DNA of 64,000 nucleotides from Bdellovibrionales bacterium (GCA_965219095.1 CBDCMT010000001.1:1760001-1824000), one strand, 5' to 3'. Positions 51,164 to 62,061 are shown, counted from the stretch's first letter. Notes: generated from the letters alone by a model not told the origin. A program made the numbers and translations.

Positions 51164-51504
51164 AAAAAATAGGTTTAACTTTAATTTTTGGAAGTGTGTT
51201 GAGCTTCAGTTTTTCAGTTTTTTGCGGAGGAGGTGGTGGAGAAATAGGAACCTTTTCTTCTGTAAAAGAAAGAGAGTTTGAAAGTTATTTAACAAGCGAA
51301 AACTTCAATGGTTTTTCTACAATCATTGCAAGCTATAATAAAGTTGCAAATAGGAATGATGAACTTTCTGATGAAGAAGAAAAAAGAATGAGACTGATTC
51401 AAGACTATCTTGAGTTTCTGGGCTTAGATAAAAATAACGAATCACTTATTCAAAATGTTCGTTTGGCTTTTGAAGAGGAGGCAGAGAATCAAATTGAGAT
51501 TTAA
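51160..51504 (+). CDS. Secreted hypothetical protein
   Basis: Signal peptide followed by GGGGG. Confidence 0.65.
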   Translation: MKKIGLTLIFGSVLSFSFSVFCGGGGGEIGTFSSVKEREFESYLTSENFNGFSTIIASYNKVANRNDELSDEEEKRMRLIQDYLEFLGLDKNNESLIQNVRLAFEEEAENQIEI

Positions 51505-52012
51505 TTTAAAGAAAGGTTGGTCAATGAGAAATGACCCTTTTCTAGGTGAGGAGGAAGTTAAAAAAACTCCACTTTTTGACTCATACCACAGATAGCTGAG
51601 TGATAGACATAGGAATAAAGATGAGATAAAAAACTTAAAAAAGATAGGAAAAAAAACAAAAAAAACTCTAAAGAAAAGTAAAAAAATACTGAAGAGGATG
51701 GTAAGCAATAGTGATGACCTAGATCGCTCGGTTTATCAGGAGACTCAGATCGCTTGATCTATGAGTTAAAAAAAGCTCGTTAACCGGATAGAACCTGATA
51801 AACAAGGAATAAAACCATGAGGTGATCTATCTTCAAAAAGGTAGATTAAGGTCTTGGATAGTCGAAATCAAAAACGGTCATTAGGAGCTAGACTTGATGG
51901 GACTGGCGTGTCTCTAGGATAGGACCTCCATAGCTGGTGAAAGGAAAAATCAAGAGAAATTCATAAAATTAAAACTAAAAGCTAGCCTTACGGTGTAATA
52001 GTTCTATTTATT

Positions 52013-52039
52013 TAAGTTCTCAAATTATTTTGTCGATAA
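52013..52039 (+). promoter_or_regulatory. Sigma-28-like promoter
   Basis: TAAG-N15-GTCGATAA upstream of the LRR lipoprotein. Confidence 0.6.
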
Positions 52040-52090
52040 ATAAAACATATGCAACCAAAGTAAGTTAAGGACGTAAGGACAGCTTCTCTA

Positions 52091-53947
52091 ATGAATAAAT
52101 TTCTTTTATACAATATCTTTCTTTTAAGCCTTTTTCTCTTTAGTTGTAACGATTCTAAAAAACCATCCGTTACAAATCCTCCATCTATAGATTGTAATGA
52201 TGATCAACATATAGAAAACGAAGAATGTGTTTCCAACACAAGAAGTTGTGTTATTAGTAATGGTGAAGGATCTCAAACTTGGAGGAATAATTCTTGGAGT
52301 GCTTGTACAGCTTTGAGTTGCAATGCAAATTATCATAAAGAAAGTGGTTCCTGTGTTTCAAACACAAGGGATTGTGGCATTAGTAATGGTGAAGGATCTC
52401 AAACTTGGGCAAACGGTTCTTGGGGTAATTGTACTGTTTCAAACTGTAATTCAGGTTATCAAGAACGCACAGGTACTTGCATTTTAAGTTGTTCTGATGA
52501 TCAACATATAGAAAATAACCTATGTGTTTCTAACACAAGAGATTGTGGCATTAGTAATGGTGAAGGATCTCAAACTTGGAGGAATAATTCTTGGAGTGCT
52601 TGTACAGCTTTGAGTTGCAATGCAAATTATCATAAAGAAAGCGGCTCCTGTGTTTCCAACACAAGAGATTGTGGCATTAGTAATGGTGAAGGATCTCAAA
52701 CTTGGAGGAATGATTCTTGGAATGATTGTACAGTTTCAGGCTGTAATTCAGGTTACCATGAAGAAAGTGGCTCCTGTGTTTCCAATACAAGAAGTTGTGG
52801 TATTAGTAATGGTGAAGGATCTCAGACTTGGAGGAATGATTCTTGGAATGATTGTACAGTTTTGAGTTGCAATGCAAATTATCATAAAGAAAGTGGTTCC
52901 TGTGTTTCCAACACAAGAGATTGTGACATTAGTAATGGTGAAGGATCTCAGACTTGGAGGAATGATTCTTGGGACATTTGTACTGTTTCAGGCTGTGATT
53001 CAGGTTACCATGAAGAAAACAGTGCTTGTGTTTTAAGTACAAGCTCAACTAGTCATACTTGTTTTGCTTTTAATGTAAATAGAACTATCATTACGTATTA
53101 CTATGGGCTAGATTTAATTACTGGTCTTCCTTGTCCGAGAGATGTTATTATACCTGAAGGGGTTTTTTATATTGGTAGTCTTAATTTTCATCATACCTCA
53201 ACACCTGCTTTTTCCAATAGTTTTTTAACTTCGGTAATCATTACAAATGGTGTGGAGAGCATTGGTGAACGGGCTTTTTCTTATAATAATTTAACTTCGG
53301 TAATCATTCCAAATAGTGTGGAAGCAATTGGTGAATATGCTTTTGTTTACAATAATTTAACTTCGGTAATCATTACAAATGGTGTGGAGAGCATTGGTGA
53401 ATGGGCTTTTTCTTATAATAATTTAACTTCTGTGATCATTCCAGAAAGTGTAACAAGTCTTTCAGGGTTTTCTAACAATAATTTAGCTTCGGTAATCATT
53501 CCAAATAGTGTGGAGGTAATCGGTGAAAATGCTTTTTCTGGTAATAATTTAACTTCTGTGATCATTCCAGAAAGTGTAACAAGTCTTTCAGGGTTTTCTA
53601 ACAATAATTTAGCTTCGGTAATCATTCCAAATAGTGTGGGTGAAATTGGTAATTTTGCTTTTTCTGGTAATAATTTAACTTCGGTAATCATTCCAAATAG
53701 TGTGGGGGCAATTGGTGAATATGCTTTTTCTGGTAATAATTTAACTTCAGTGATTATTTCGAATAGAGACTCTCACCTCAGAATTTACAATAATACTTTT
53801 ACAAGAAATAATGATTTAACCATTTGTATAGAACTAAGTAAAACGCAAAGCGATAATCTAATAACAGAAGGTAACAATTATACATACAATCCTGGCGTAA
53901 CTGTAGTTTATGATGACGATGGGGATTGCACTAACAATTCACCTTGA
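52091..53947 (+). CDS. Surface lipoprotein with six 42-aa Cys repeats and BspA-type (LRR_5) repeats
   Basis: Lipobox LFSC; CVSNTRxCxISNGEGSQTW repeat x6; about 8-9 LTSVIIPxSVxxIGxxAFxxNN-type repeats. Confidence 0.9.
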   Translation: MNKFLLYNIFLLSLFLFSCNDSKKPSVTNPPSIDCNDDQHIENEECVSNTRSCVISNGEGSQTWRNNSWSACTALSCNANYHKESGSCVSNTRDCGISNGEGSQTWANGSWGNCTVSNCNSGYQERTGTCILSCSDDQHIENNLCVSNTRDCGISNGEGSQTWRNNSWSACTALSCNANYHKESGSCVSNTRDCGISNGEGSQTWRNDSWNDCTVSGCNSGYHEESGSCVSNTRSCGISNGEGSQTWRNDSWNDCTVLSCNANYHKESGSCVSNTRDCDISNGEGSQTWRNDSWDICTVSGCDSGYHEENSACVLSTSSTSHTCFAFNVNRTIITYYYGLDLITGLPCPRDVIIPEGVFYIGSLNFHHTSTPAFSNSFLTSVIITNGVESIGERAFSYNNLTSVIIPNSVEAIGEYAFVYNNLTSVIITNGVESIGEWAFSYNNLTSVIIPESVTSLSGFSNNNLASVIIPNSVEVIGENAFSGNNLTSVIIPESVTSLSGFSNNNLASVIIPNSVGEIGNFAFSGNNLTSVIIPNSVGAIGEYAFSGNNLTSVIISNRDSHLRIYNNTFTRNNDLTICIELSKTQSDNLITEGNNYTYNPGVTVVYDDDGDCTNNSP

Positions 53948-54345
53948 TATGAAATAGTTTAAACTTCATTTTCTGGAAAGTGAAGAAATTAGAGAAATTT
54001 AAACTTGGATAGGGCGGTCAGATAACCGAGTTACCTTGAACTCAATAAAAACTTTACTAAGGCTTTCGGAGAATGTGAGGCTAAGTTTATACAAGGAGTT
54101 GTGTAAAGTGGAGTTGGAAGGCTAAGGAAATCTTTATTTTCAGGTTAAAGGACTTTTCTTTAAGTCTGCTCTTCCAGAAAAAGATAAAAAATCATCTTCT
54201 TCTCGTTCAGCTAAAAAAAAGAAGTAAGTCCTAAGAACTACTTCTTTTGAATCTAGATAAATTGATGATCATCTGCTCTCATAATTGCAAGAAGTCTTGA
54301 ACCCTCATTTTCATTGGATGGAAGATGCATGTAGAAAAAGTAATT

Positions 54346-54924
54346 TTATTTCTTTTCTGTTCCTCTGAACTTTTCATAAAAACACTCAACATTATAGATA
54401 TCAAGAGAAGTGAAAAAAAATTTATCATTCATTGTTGCATTTAAAAACTCACATAACTTGAATATTTGGTCACCTTTTATTTCGTAAAGGTGATTTTTGT
54501 CTTCTGCTTGCCTTATTTTAGAAACAGGCAAGTTTAAAAAATCTGCTAATTGCTTTCTCGTTTTATTTTCTCTCAGTCTCATTTCTTTTATTTTATAAGA
54601 TATGCAAAATCTAAACATTTTATCTAATTTTTTATTCTTATGGCTTCTGGTCTTGTTTTTTTTGACTGTAACCATTTTGATGTCATGCAATTTCTCTTGC
54701 ATTACGAAAAACTCCGTAGCTTTTTTTATATCAATTTTATATAATTTTATTAGACTCATAAGAGTTTTTTGCGAAAAAGAAGAAAGCCCTCTTTCTAACC
54801 TTGAAAGCATATTTACGTTAATATTACTCAAAGCCCTAGCTACATCTTCTTGGCTTAAACCATTTTTTATCCTTTTGTGTCTAAAATATCTCCCTATGTT
54901 TTTATTTTTTGGATTTATTTTCAC
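54346..54924 (-). CDS. Regulator with two XRE-type HTH domains
   Basis: RIKNGLSQEDVARAL..LSRLERG and RLRENKTRKQLADFL. Confidence 0.8.
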   Translation of the reverse strand: MKINPKNKNIGRYFRHKRIKNGLSQEDVARALSNINVNMLSRLERGLSSFSQKTLMSLIKLYKIDIKKATEFFVMQEKLHDIKMVTVKKNKTRSHKNKKLDKMFRFCISYKIKEMRLRENKTRKQLADFLNLPVSKIRQAEDKNHLYEIKGDQIFKLCEFLNATMNDKFFFTSLDIYNVECFYEKFRGTEKK

Positions 54925-55379
54925 TTCTTGCCTTTATATCCTCTTCTTGCTTTTTTAGTTTTTCTTTTTTTAATTAAATTTTTTCTAGCTGTTTCTGTCA
55001 AAGATAGCCAAAATTGTATTGTACTTCTATACTGTGCTTCTGGTAAAAGTGAACCAAAATTTGAAAGTATTTCTGTTCTTCGATCCTCTAGTTCTTTTGA
55101 GTTTATTTTTGAAATATAAGGTGTTACAATAATAATTGTACTTGTAGCATACTCCATTCTTAGCTCCATTTCAGTGACTTGTTTACTAAACTCAACTTTT
55201 ATTTTCTCAGCTATGAAACCAGAGAGGTTATCTTTACTGTTCTTAGAATTTCGATACTGTTTGTTAATAAAGCTAACTAGAGAGTCAATACTTAGGGCTA
55301 GCTCTTTGGCAGACTTGAATACTTCATAGGGATAGAGACCTTGTTTATTTTGAACTTTTGGTCTCTTCTTTGAATTCAT
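54921..55379 (-). CDS. Hypothetical protein
   Basis: GAGG RBS; overlaps the next gene. Confidence 0.6.
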   Translation of the reverse strand: MNSKKRPKVQNKQGLYPYEVFKSAKELALSIDSLVSFINKQYRNSKNSKDNLSGFIAEKIKVEFSKQVTEMELRMEYATSTIIIVTPYISKINSKELEDRRTEILSNFGSLLPEAQYRSTIQFWLSLTETARKNLIKKRKTKKARRGYKGKK

Positions 55380-55398
55380 TCTCTCTTACCTCAAATAA

Positions 55399-55444
55399 TG
55401 ATTTTATATATAAATTATTATTTTATAATTTATATATAAAATCA
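55399..55444. promoter_or_regulatory. Perfect 20-bp inverted repeat between divergent genes
   Basis: TGATTTTATATATAAATTAT-N6-ATAATTTATATATAAAATCA. Confidence 0.6.
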
Positions 55445-55499
55445 AGGAAAAACCTATGAAATTTTCAAAAATGGGTAAAAAAGTGGTATAAAGAAAATT

Positions 55500-55955
55500 A
55501 TGAAAGATAAAAAAGCATCTAAGACCCAATTATTGAAAATATCAGCACCCATTAGAGAGCTTCTTCAAGAATTATTGACACAGAAAATCAAAACAGGTGA
55601 AGATAAGGAGAAACTCGCTAAGTTTTTAGGCAAGTCAGTGGCTACTATCAACAAAATGGTCTATTCAGGAGAAATGGGTTTAGATTTATGGGTTAACAGC
55701 CTTGTCTATTGTTATGACTTTGAGCCAAGTGCATTAAAACATTATATCAAAAATTTACCTTACTTTTTATACAATCAGAGACCTATTTCTTCTGCCGATA
55801 AGATATGGGCAGAGATTTCAGGACAACTTACTCAAGATGAAAAAATTCACTATGGACATTTGTTAAAATGTTCTGTTAAAGCTAATCGTCATTTAGGAGC
55901 AAAACAAAAAACAAGACAAAAAAGAAAACCAAAACAAAAAAGGAAAAGTAAATAA
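55500..55955 (+). CDS. Putative HTH protein
   Basis: KEKLAKFLGKSVATINKM. Confidence 0.6.
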   Translation: MKDKKASKTQLLKISAPIRELLQELLTQKIKTGEDKEKLAKFLGKSVATINKMVYSGEMGLDLWVNSLVYCYDFEPSALKHYIKNLPYFLYNQRPISSADKIWAEISGQLTQDEKIHYGHLLKCSVKANRHLGAKQKTRQKRKPKQKRKSK

Positions 55956-56459
55956 AAAGCCACTTCTTCTTTGAGAGTTTCTGTTATGAAGTTTTCAACC
56001 TTATAAGCCCAGTAATAGTTTTTTTCATCAATAAAAACTTCTCCTTTAAAATCTAAGAAATATCCTCCTCGTAGGAGTCAAAGGCTGTTAAGAAACCGAC
56101 TTACGGTCAAACCCGGCTTAGTACGACTGGTTTTGTTTGGGCATAAAGCCCCAGGCGTATCTTTTGAGGGCGAACTTCTATAAAATAAATGACATTAGCT
56201 AGATTTCCTTGTGCTTTTCTTTGGGAGCTAAAGGGTCTAAAGAAAGAGCTTTATGGGCTTGTGGCGAAATAAAGGATAAAAATAGGCATAACAAACTACG
56301 ACAAAATAATAAACTTTCAACAATGACAGTATATGTAATGTCTTTAAAGCACTCTAATTCTATACGTATTCATTACTTTATGAATTTGTGGAAAATCTTT
56401 TGTGCAATTGCTAAGGATTAAAAAATTTAAAACTCTTCCTTGATAAAGATAGGTTAAAT

Positions 56460-56651
56460 ATGTACCTTTTCTTTATGACTATAATTACCGAGCACGAATT
56501 TGAAAACATGAAAAAAGAGCTAGAAGCAATAAATAGTCTCGTGGGCTTTGAAGCTCCTGAAATACTTCAACAAAGAAAAAAAAAGCTCCTAAATAGGCTA
56601 GAAAAGTCAAAACAAGCTCGTATCAAAAGAGCAGGCTTAAGATTATTGTAA
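56460..56651 (+). CDS. Small hypothetical protein
   Basis: Helical 58-63 aa ORF converging on the type ISP gene. Confidence 0.4.
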   Translation: MYLFFMTIITEHEFENMKKELEAINSLVGFEAPEILQQRKKKLLNRLEKSKQARIKRAGLRLL

Positions 56652-56655
56652 ACTC

Positions 56656-59600
56656 TTATTCTTTTTTCTCTTTTGTTTCGGATATATCTACAGGTGTTTC
56701 TAAAATTAACTTCTTAAACTGCTTTTCTTCTAGATAAGAGGCCTCTTTAATGCGTGGGAGTGATTTTATTAGCTTTATACTCTCTATACTAACACTAACG
56801 ACTCTTTGAATAAGATCAATTATATATTTTGGGTTATCTGAAAATTTATTAGGATTATTTGTAATTTTACTCTTCTTATCCTCTTTAGCTTGATATCTAT
56901 CCATTATCCACTCAATAGCACTTCTGCCATTAACTTGATACTCATAGGCTTCTTGAGGGATTTCACTCAAAGTAATGCTGTTATTGTAAATGATACTACT
57001 TTTATCAGTTTTAGAGAGAAATTTCATTTTTGAGACTTCAAAATTATTATTTTTTAATTCCTCTATTTTAAGGGGATATTTTTTGACTTTTTCATAGTTG
57101 ATATGTAAATCAGCCAATTCTTTCCCAATTTTAGAGTATTTTTCAAACCCATTTACTAAGGGAATGCGAGGGAGCATTTTGCCAAAATTAGAGGCATACC
57201 TTTTTTTATAGTCTTCTGAATGAAGAAGTCCGTAAACATAGTAAAAAATAGCATCACCATCAATTTTTTTATCCTTATAATTTTCTTGAAATTTTTTAAC
57301 GACCTTTTGAGAAATGTTATCCTCTTTTTTAAGCTCTCCTTGAGAGTTTTTTTCATAGAAGTATCTTGAGAAACATTGAGTTTTAGACAATAAATCAAAA
57401 TTAGGAGTTGTATCCACCATCAAAGCTGAAAGACTTCTTGAGCCTACCCCACTTACACAAATGGCTAGGTTTTTTGTGTCAGGTTCTGGGAAGAGCTTGT
57501 ATGTAAGATAGCGTCTTTCATTTAATTCTTTAGAGTAGTATAAATTGGACTTTGTAAAGGGACGGTAAAGAGATTGTCTTAAAGATTCACCTCTATATTG
57601 ATATTTTTTATTTTTCTTTAGGTCGCCTTTAACGTTATGTGTCCAGCTTATCTTTTCAGGATCAGTGTTTAAAAAACTTTCTAATTTTTTAGGCTTTTTT
57701 TCTTGATACCTTTTCAACTCCTTATTATAAAAGGAGATCATGTTTCTGATATTTTTTTCTAATTGTGATTTATTGTAATTATAAGCCCAAGCATCTCTAG
57801 CTGTGACAACACCATTAGAATAAAGAGTGAATATGCCTTTCTCAGGATTCTTCTTATCCCCCATAGGAAAAAATTTCTCGTATGTTCCATCTCTTTGATT
57901 GATCCAATCATGATCTGCGTTTGGCTTAATAGGTTCCCAATCAATAGCTGAAAAGCTTTTAAGCTTTTTTATTTTCTTAAGCTTTTCTTCTCTATTTAAA
58001 TAATCTCCAATATCATAGTAATGAATCTTACAATCTTTTTTTGCTGGATTTTTTACTAAAAAAGAAATAGCCACTGGCACACGAGAGCCTTGACCGAAAA
58101 TTTTTCCACCTTCTTTTCTACTTTCTTTTCCTTTAGTTCTTTGATTACCTCTCAAATTAAAAATATAAAGACTCGTGAAGTCTTTTTCTAAATGACAACG
58201 AAGCCCGTCCATATTATTAGCATCTATAAAAGAGCCATTAGTTACAAAAGAGACGACTCCCTTGTTCCCTACTCGATCTGTTGCCCAACGTATAGCACGA
58301 ATATAAGAATCGTATAAATTCTTACAAAGAGTAGAGTTAGAGCTTTCAACATAAGTGTCTTTAATATCTTTGTCCAATCTTTTATACTCAAGATTCTTAT
58401 TATTATCATTTTCACTTTTCTGTCCAGAAGAATAGGGTGGGTTTCCCACAATGGCTCGAATAGCATATTTCTTTTGTTTTCTGATTTGTTTAAGATTTTC
58501 TTTAAGAAAATCATTGTTCTCATTTCCTTTATCTTCTTCAGACATTTGAAACGTATCTGTAAGTACTGCTCCCTTGAAACTTTCATAGGTGTTTTGTGAA
58601 ATTTTAAAGTGATAAGAATTTTCAATGTTTATTGCAGTAATATAGTAGGCAAGAAGAACTAACTCATTTGAATGAAGTTCTTCCTTGTATTTATATCTTA
58701 AATCTTCTTTTTTTATTAAATCAGACTGGATAAGACGAGCTAAAAATGTTCCTGTTCCAGAGAAAGGATCTAAAATATGGACATTTTTATCTGTCAAGCC
58801 CTCTCCAAACTCTTTTTTCAAAATTTCATCAGAGCTTTTTAATATAAAATCTACAATTTCAATAGGCGTGTAAACAATCCCTAATCTATCAGATAACTTT
58901 GGGAAACCCTCTTTAAACACTTTCTCATAAAGTTCTTTAATAACTCTTTGTTTTCCCTCTAAATTATCAATGTTTTCAACTCTTTTTTTGATACTTTCAT
59001 AACTACTTTTTAAATCTTTTGTTTCAGCTTTTGCTTGATTTTCAAATAGTTTCACAATAGATTCCATGCTTTTAGAGATGGGATTTTCTTTCGAAAAATT
59101 TCTATTTCTAAATAGAGCATCAAAAATAGGCTTAGTTAACATGTGTTGAGAAAGCATTTCTATAGCATCATTTTCTGAAATTGTATCATTTAAATTTTTT
59201 CTCAAGCTTTTTAGAAACTTATTAAATTCAACTTTTATTTTTGAATTTTTACTTTTTAAAGAACCTTTCATTCTTCCTGCAAGAATTCTTGTAAGAGTTC
59301 CTGTAAGGATTTTAGATTTTTTTGAAATATCTTTAGCTAAAACCTCGAGATACTGTCTGTTTCCACACTTAAGAACTAGTTTTGCACAAATGGCACCCTT
59401 CAATTCTTCAAGCTTATAATATGGGAGTTCTAGCCGTTTAGTTTCCCCTTTCTTATTTTTAGAATTATTTTTGTCATCATTCTTATCAAAGCCAACACCA
59501 ATAATCTGAATAGCCTTTGGCCTTTTTCTATTAAATTCTATCTTATTTATCATAGCATCAAACCTGTTATCATGAGATCTTAAAGCTTGTAAAACTTGCC

Positions 59601-61461
59601 AGACTACTTGGTAGGTTTTATTATCATCTAAGGCTTTTTCCGCAGGAATATCGGCAGGGACAACAATAGGAAGAATTATATGACCATAATTTTTTCCCTC
59701 TGATTTTCTCATGACTCGACCAACGGACTGCACTATATCTACTTCTGATTTTCTCGGATTTAAAAACATCACAGCATCAAGGGCTGGAACATCTACGCCC
59801 TCAGAAAGACAACGAGCATTTGTTAAAATACGGCACTCATTTTCTCCTACATTATCTTTTAACCACCTTAATTCTTTGTTTCTGATTAAAGCATTTTGCG
59901 TTCCATCTACATGATGGACTTCGCAGTTAAGAATTTTTTCTGTTTTTTTAGTTGAATTTCTAGCAAAAGCTTTTATGATTTCATTAAAGTATTTTTCAAT
60001 ACGTTTTGAAGATTTAATAGTTCCTGAAAAAGCAACAGCTCTTTTCATAGGGGTTTTGTCTTCTTTTGCTTTCTTCTCTTTTTCTTCTGAATCTGAAATG
60101 TATTTTTTAGAAAGACCGTTCCAGCAACCCACAATTTTAATCACATCTTGTGTGTTGATCTCACTATTTTGAGAAAACTCTTTCTGCATAACTTTTGAAA
60201 CATAATTCTCACTAATTGCTAATATAGATACTTTATAGTCGGATAAAAGGTCTTTCTCAATCGCATTAGAAAAATCAAGTCTATAAAGCTCTTTTCCATA
60301 CTTTTCTTTATCGTCCATTGAATAAACTTTGATTTCATTTTCTTCAGCTTTTTTCTTAGAACTTTCTGAATATATTCTTGGAGTAGCTGTCATATAAAGT
60401 CGCTTCTTAGCTTTAATAAAATCCCTATCGTGGACTTTAGTAAAATAAGAACTTTTCTTTCTAGTCTTTTCTTCAACTCCAGTTGTTCTATGTGCTTCAT
60501 CACAAATGATTAAATCAAAATTTTTTAAACTCCCTTTTTTTTGAGCATCAGAAATAACCTTAATAGAATGATATGTAGAGAAAATAACATTAATAGTGTC
60601 TTTTTTATTTTTTAAATTTTTTCTAGTATTCTCAAGAGCCATGGATAGTTTTTTATAGTCTGTTGTAGGAGGAAGTGCTAAATCAGTTGTTTGAATGTCT
60701 TCCTCTTCACTTTTTCCAGCTTGGCTGTCTGAACAAACTACAAAACTATTTATATTTCTCTGAGTGTTTTGTGTCCATTCACGTAGTGTTTGAGAGAGTA
60801 GAGAAAGAGAAGGAACAAGAAATAGCACATTACCTTTAGAGCTTACTAAATTTTCCGCAATTCTAAGAGAGGTAAAGGTCTTGCCTGTCCCACAAGGCAT
60901 AATGAGTTTTCCTGCATTTTTATTTTCAAAGCCTTCTTTAACTTTTTTAAGAGCTTCTGCTTGATGCGGACGTAACTTCTTTTTTATACGAGAGACTTCT
61001 CGTTTTTTTAGTAAATTCTTCCAATCAACATCAGACTCTTCTAAATCACTAATTCCTATCCTTTGGCAGGGTTTGCTTCTTCTATTGAGAGCTTTTTCAG
61101 CATTAGAACTCCATAGGTCAGTTGTTGAAATGATAATTCCTTTTGTGAAAGGCTTTTTCCCTAGCTCGCTTAGAAAAGAATCAATATTTTCTTTTCTGAG
61201 TTCAACATCTGATTCATAAAACTTGCATTGAATAGCATAGATGTCGCCAGCATTGCTTTCTGCAACTATATCAACACCTGTATCAGGCCCTTTTCTTTGA
61301 GGCCAGTCTTTCCAAAGCCATACATTCTTAAAATAGCTTTTATAAATGGAATCGTTCTTAAAGAATGCAAGCATAAGTTTTTCAAAGTACTCTCCCTTTT
61401 GCCTTTCGCTTTTAGCCTTCTTTCTCAGATCCTTAAGAGTATTTTGTAAATTGCTTGACAT
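56656..61461 (-). CDS. Type ISP restriction-modification enzyme (LlaGI/LlaBIII-like)
   Basis: Mrr-type DTGVD..AIQCK nuclease, MPCGTGKT, DEAH, SEGVDVP helicase motifs, ILDPFSGTG and GNPPY methyltransferase motifs, C-terminal TRD. Confidence 0.93.
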   Translation of the reverse strand: MSSNLQNTLKDLRKKAKSERQKGEYFEKLMLAFFKNDSIYKSYFKNVWLWKDWPQRKGPDTGVDIVAESNAGDIYAIQCKFYESDVELRKENIDSFLSELGKKPFTKGIIISTTDLWSSNAEKALNRRSKPCQRIGISDLEESDVDWKNLLKKREVSRIKKKLRPHQAEALKKVKEGFENKNAGKLIMPCGTGKTFTSLRIAENLVSSKGNVLFLVPSLSLLSQTLREWTQNTQRNINSFVVCSDSQAGKSEEEDIQTTDLALPPTTDYKKLSMALENTRKNLKNKKDTINVIFSTYHSIKVISDAQKKGSLKNFDLIICDEAHRTTGVEEKTRKKSSYFTKVHDRDFIKAKKRLYMTATPRIYSESSKKKAEENEIKVYSMDDKEKYGKELYRLDFSNAIEKDLLSDYKVSILAISENYVSKVMQKEFSQNSEINTQDVIKIVGCWNGLSKKYISDSEEKEKKAKEDKTPMKRAVAFSGTIKSSKRIEKYFNEIIKAFARNSTKKTEKILNCEVHHVDGTQNALIRNKELRWLKDNVGENECRILTNARCLSEGVDVPALDAVMFLNPRKSEVDIVQSVGRVMRKSEGKNYGHIILPIVVPADIPAEKALDDNKTYQVVWQVLQALRSHDNRFDAMINKIEFNRKRPKAIQIIGVGFDKNDDKNNSKNKKGETKRLELPYYKLEELKGAICAKLVLKCGNRQYLEVLAKDISKKSKILTGTLTRILAGRMKGSLKSKNSKIKVEFNKFLKSLRKNLNDTISENDAIEMLSQHMLTKPIFDALFRNRNFSKENPISKSMESIVKLFENQAKAETKDLKSSYESIKKRVENIDNLEGKQRVIKELYEKVFKEGFPKLSDRLGIVYTPIEIVDFILKSSDEILKKEFGEGLTDKNVHILDPFSGTGTFLARLIQSDLIKKEDLRYKYKEELHSNELVLLAYYITAINIENSYHFKISQNTYESFKGAVLTDTFQMSEEDKGNENNDFLKENLKQIRKQKKYAIRAIVGNPPYSSGQKSENDNNKNLEYKRLDKDIKDTYVESSNSTLCKNLYDSYIRAIRWATDRVGNKGVVSFVTNGSFIDANNMDGLRCHLEKDFTSLYIFNLRGNQRTKGKESRKEGGKIFGQGSRVPVAISFLVKNPAKKDCKIHYYDIGDYLNREEKLKKIKKLKSFSAIDWEPIKPNADHDWINQRDGTYEKFFPMGDKKNPEKGIFTLYSNGVVTARDAWAYNYNKSQLEKNIRNMISFYNKELKRYQEKKPKKLESFLNTDPEKISWTHNVKGDLKKNKKYQYRGESLRQSLYRPFTKSNLYYSKELNERRYLTYKLFPEPDTKNLAICVSGVGSRSLSALMVDTTPNFDLLSKTQCFSRYFYEKNSQGELKKEDNISQKVVKKFQENYKDKKIDGDAIFYYVYGLLHSEDYKKRYASNFGKMLPRIPLVNGFEKYSKIGKELADLHINYEKVKKYPLKIEELKNNNFEVSKMKFLSKTDKSSIIYNNSITLSEIPQEAYEYQVNGRSAIEWIMDRYQAKEDKKSKITNNPNKFSDNPKYIIDLIQRVVSVSIESIKLIKSLPRIKEASYLEEKQFKKLILETPVDISETKEKKE

Positions 61462-61825
61462 AACTTTTTTTCGGAAAATTCAGATAGAACATTTAGGAGG
61501 GAACTAAAAATCAGGTCGAATATCCCTAATCTAAAAGTAAAGTTTTTTGTTTAAAAAAAAGATTTACCTGAAACTCTGTAGCAGGTAGATACTATTGCCA
61601 GCCCTTAGGGCAAAGAAAGGGATCTCTTTTTGCTTTCTCGTCTGTTCGAGAAAGTTCTTGAGTTACTCTTTATGCCATTTTTAGCATTTTGCCTCACAAA
61701 GACTTCACTGACTCCGATTATTATTGCTGTGGCTTTTGGATTTCCAAATTTTTGTATTAAGGTCTTTAGTTCAGTCACAAAAAGAACTTGTAGGTTCAAT
61801 CTATATTCCAAATTCAGACGTTAGT

Positions 61826-61848
61826 CACTGTTAAAAAATAACTTAGAC
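61826..61848. mobile_element. Solo ISAzo13-type end
   Basis: CACTGTTAAAAAATAACTTAGAC matches the TIRs of 15544..16309. Confidence 0.65.
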
Positions 61849-62061
61849 GGTAAATCAAAAAGATAGGTCACTGGTTTAACTATAGGGTTAGTTTTTTTCT
61901 CATAATTCTCCCTTTCAAAATAAGGTTGATATTTTGTATCAGAGAGATTGAGGGAGAATGTACTTGGGTTGATGAGACTTTGAAGTTTGTCTTGGAGATA
62001 GTTTTCTGGTTTGCCTTTTTTTGTAAAGTAGAGAGTTATAACAAGGGTTATTGAACCTATG

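Noticed and set aside
61605..61824. Short ORFs upstream of the type ISP gene
   Set aside because: No motif; abuts a solo IS end, so likely a truncated relic
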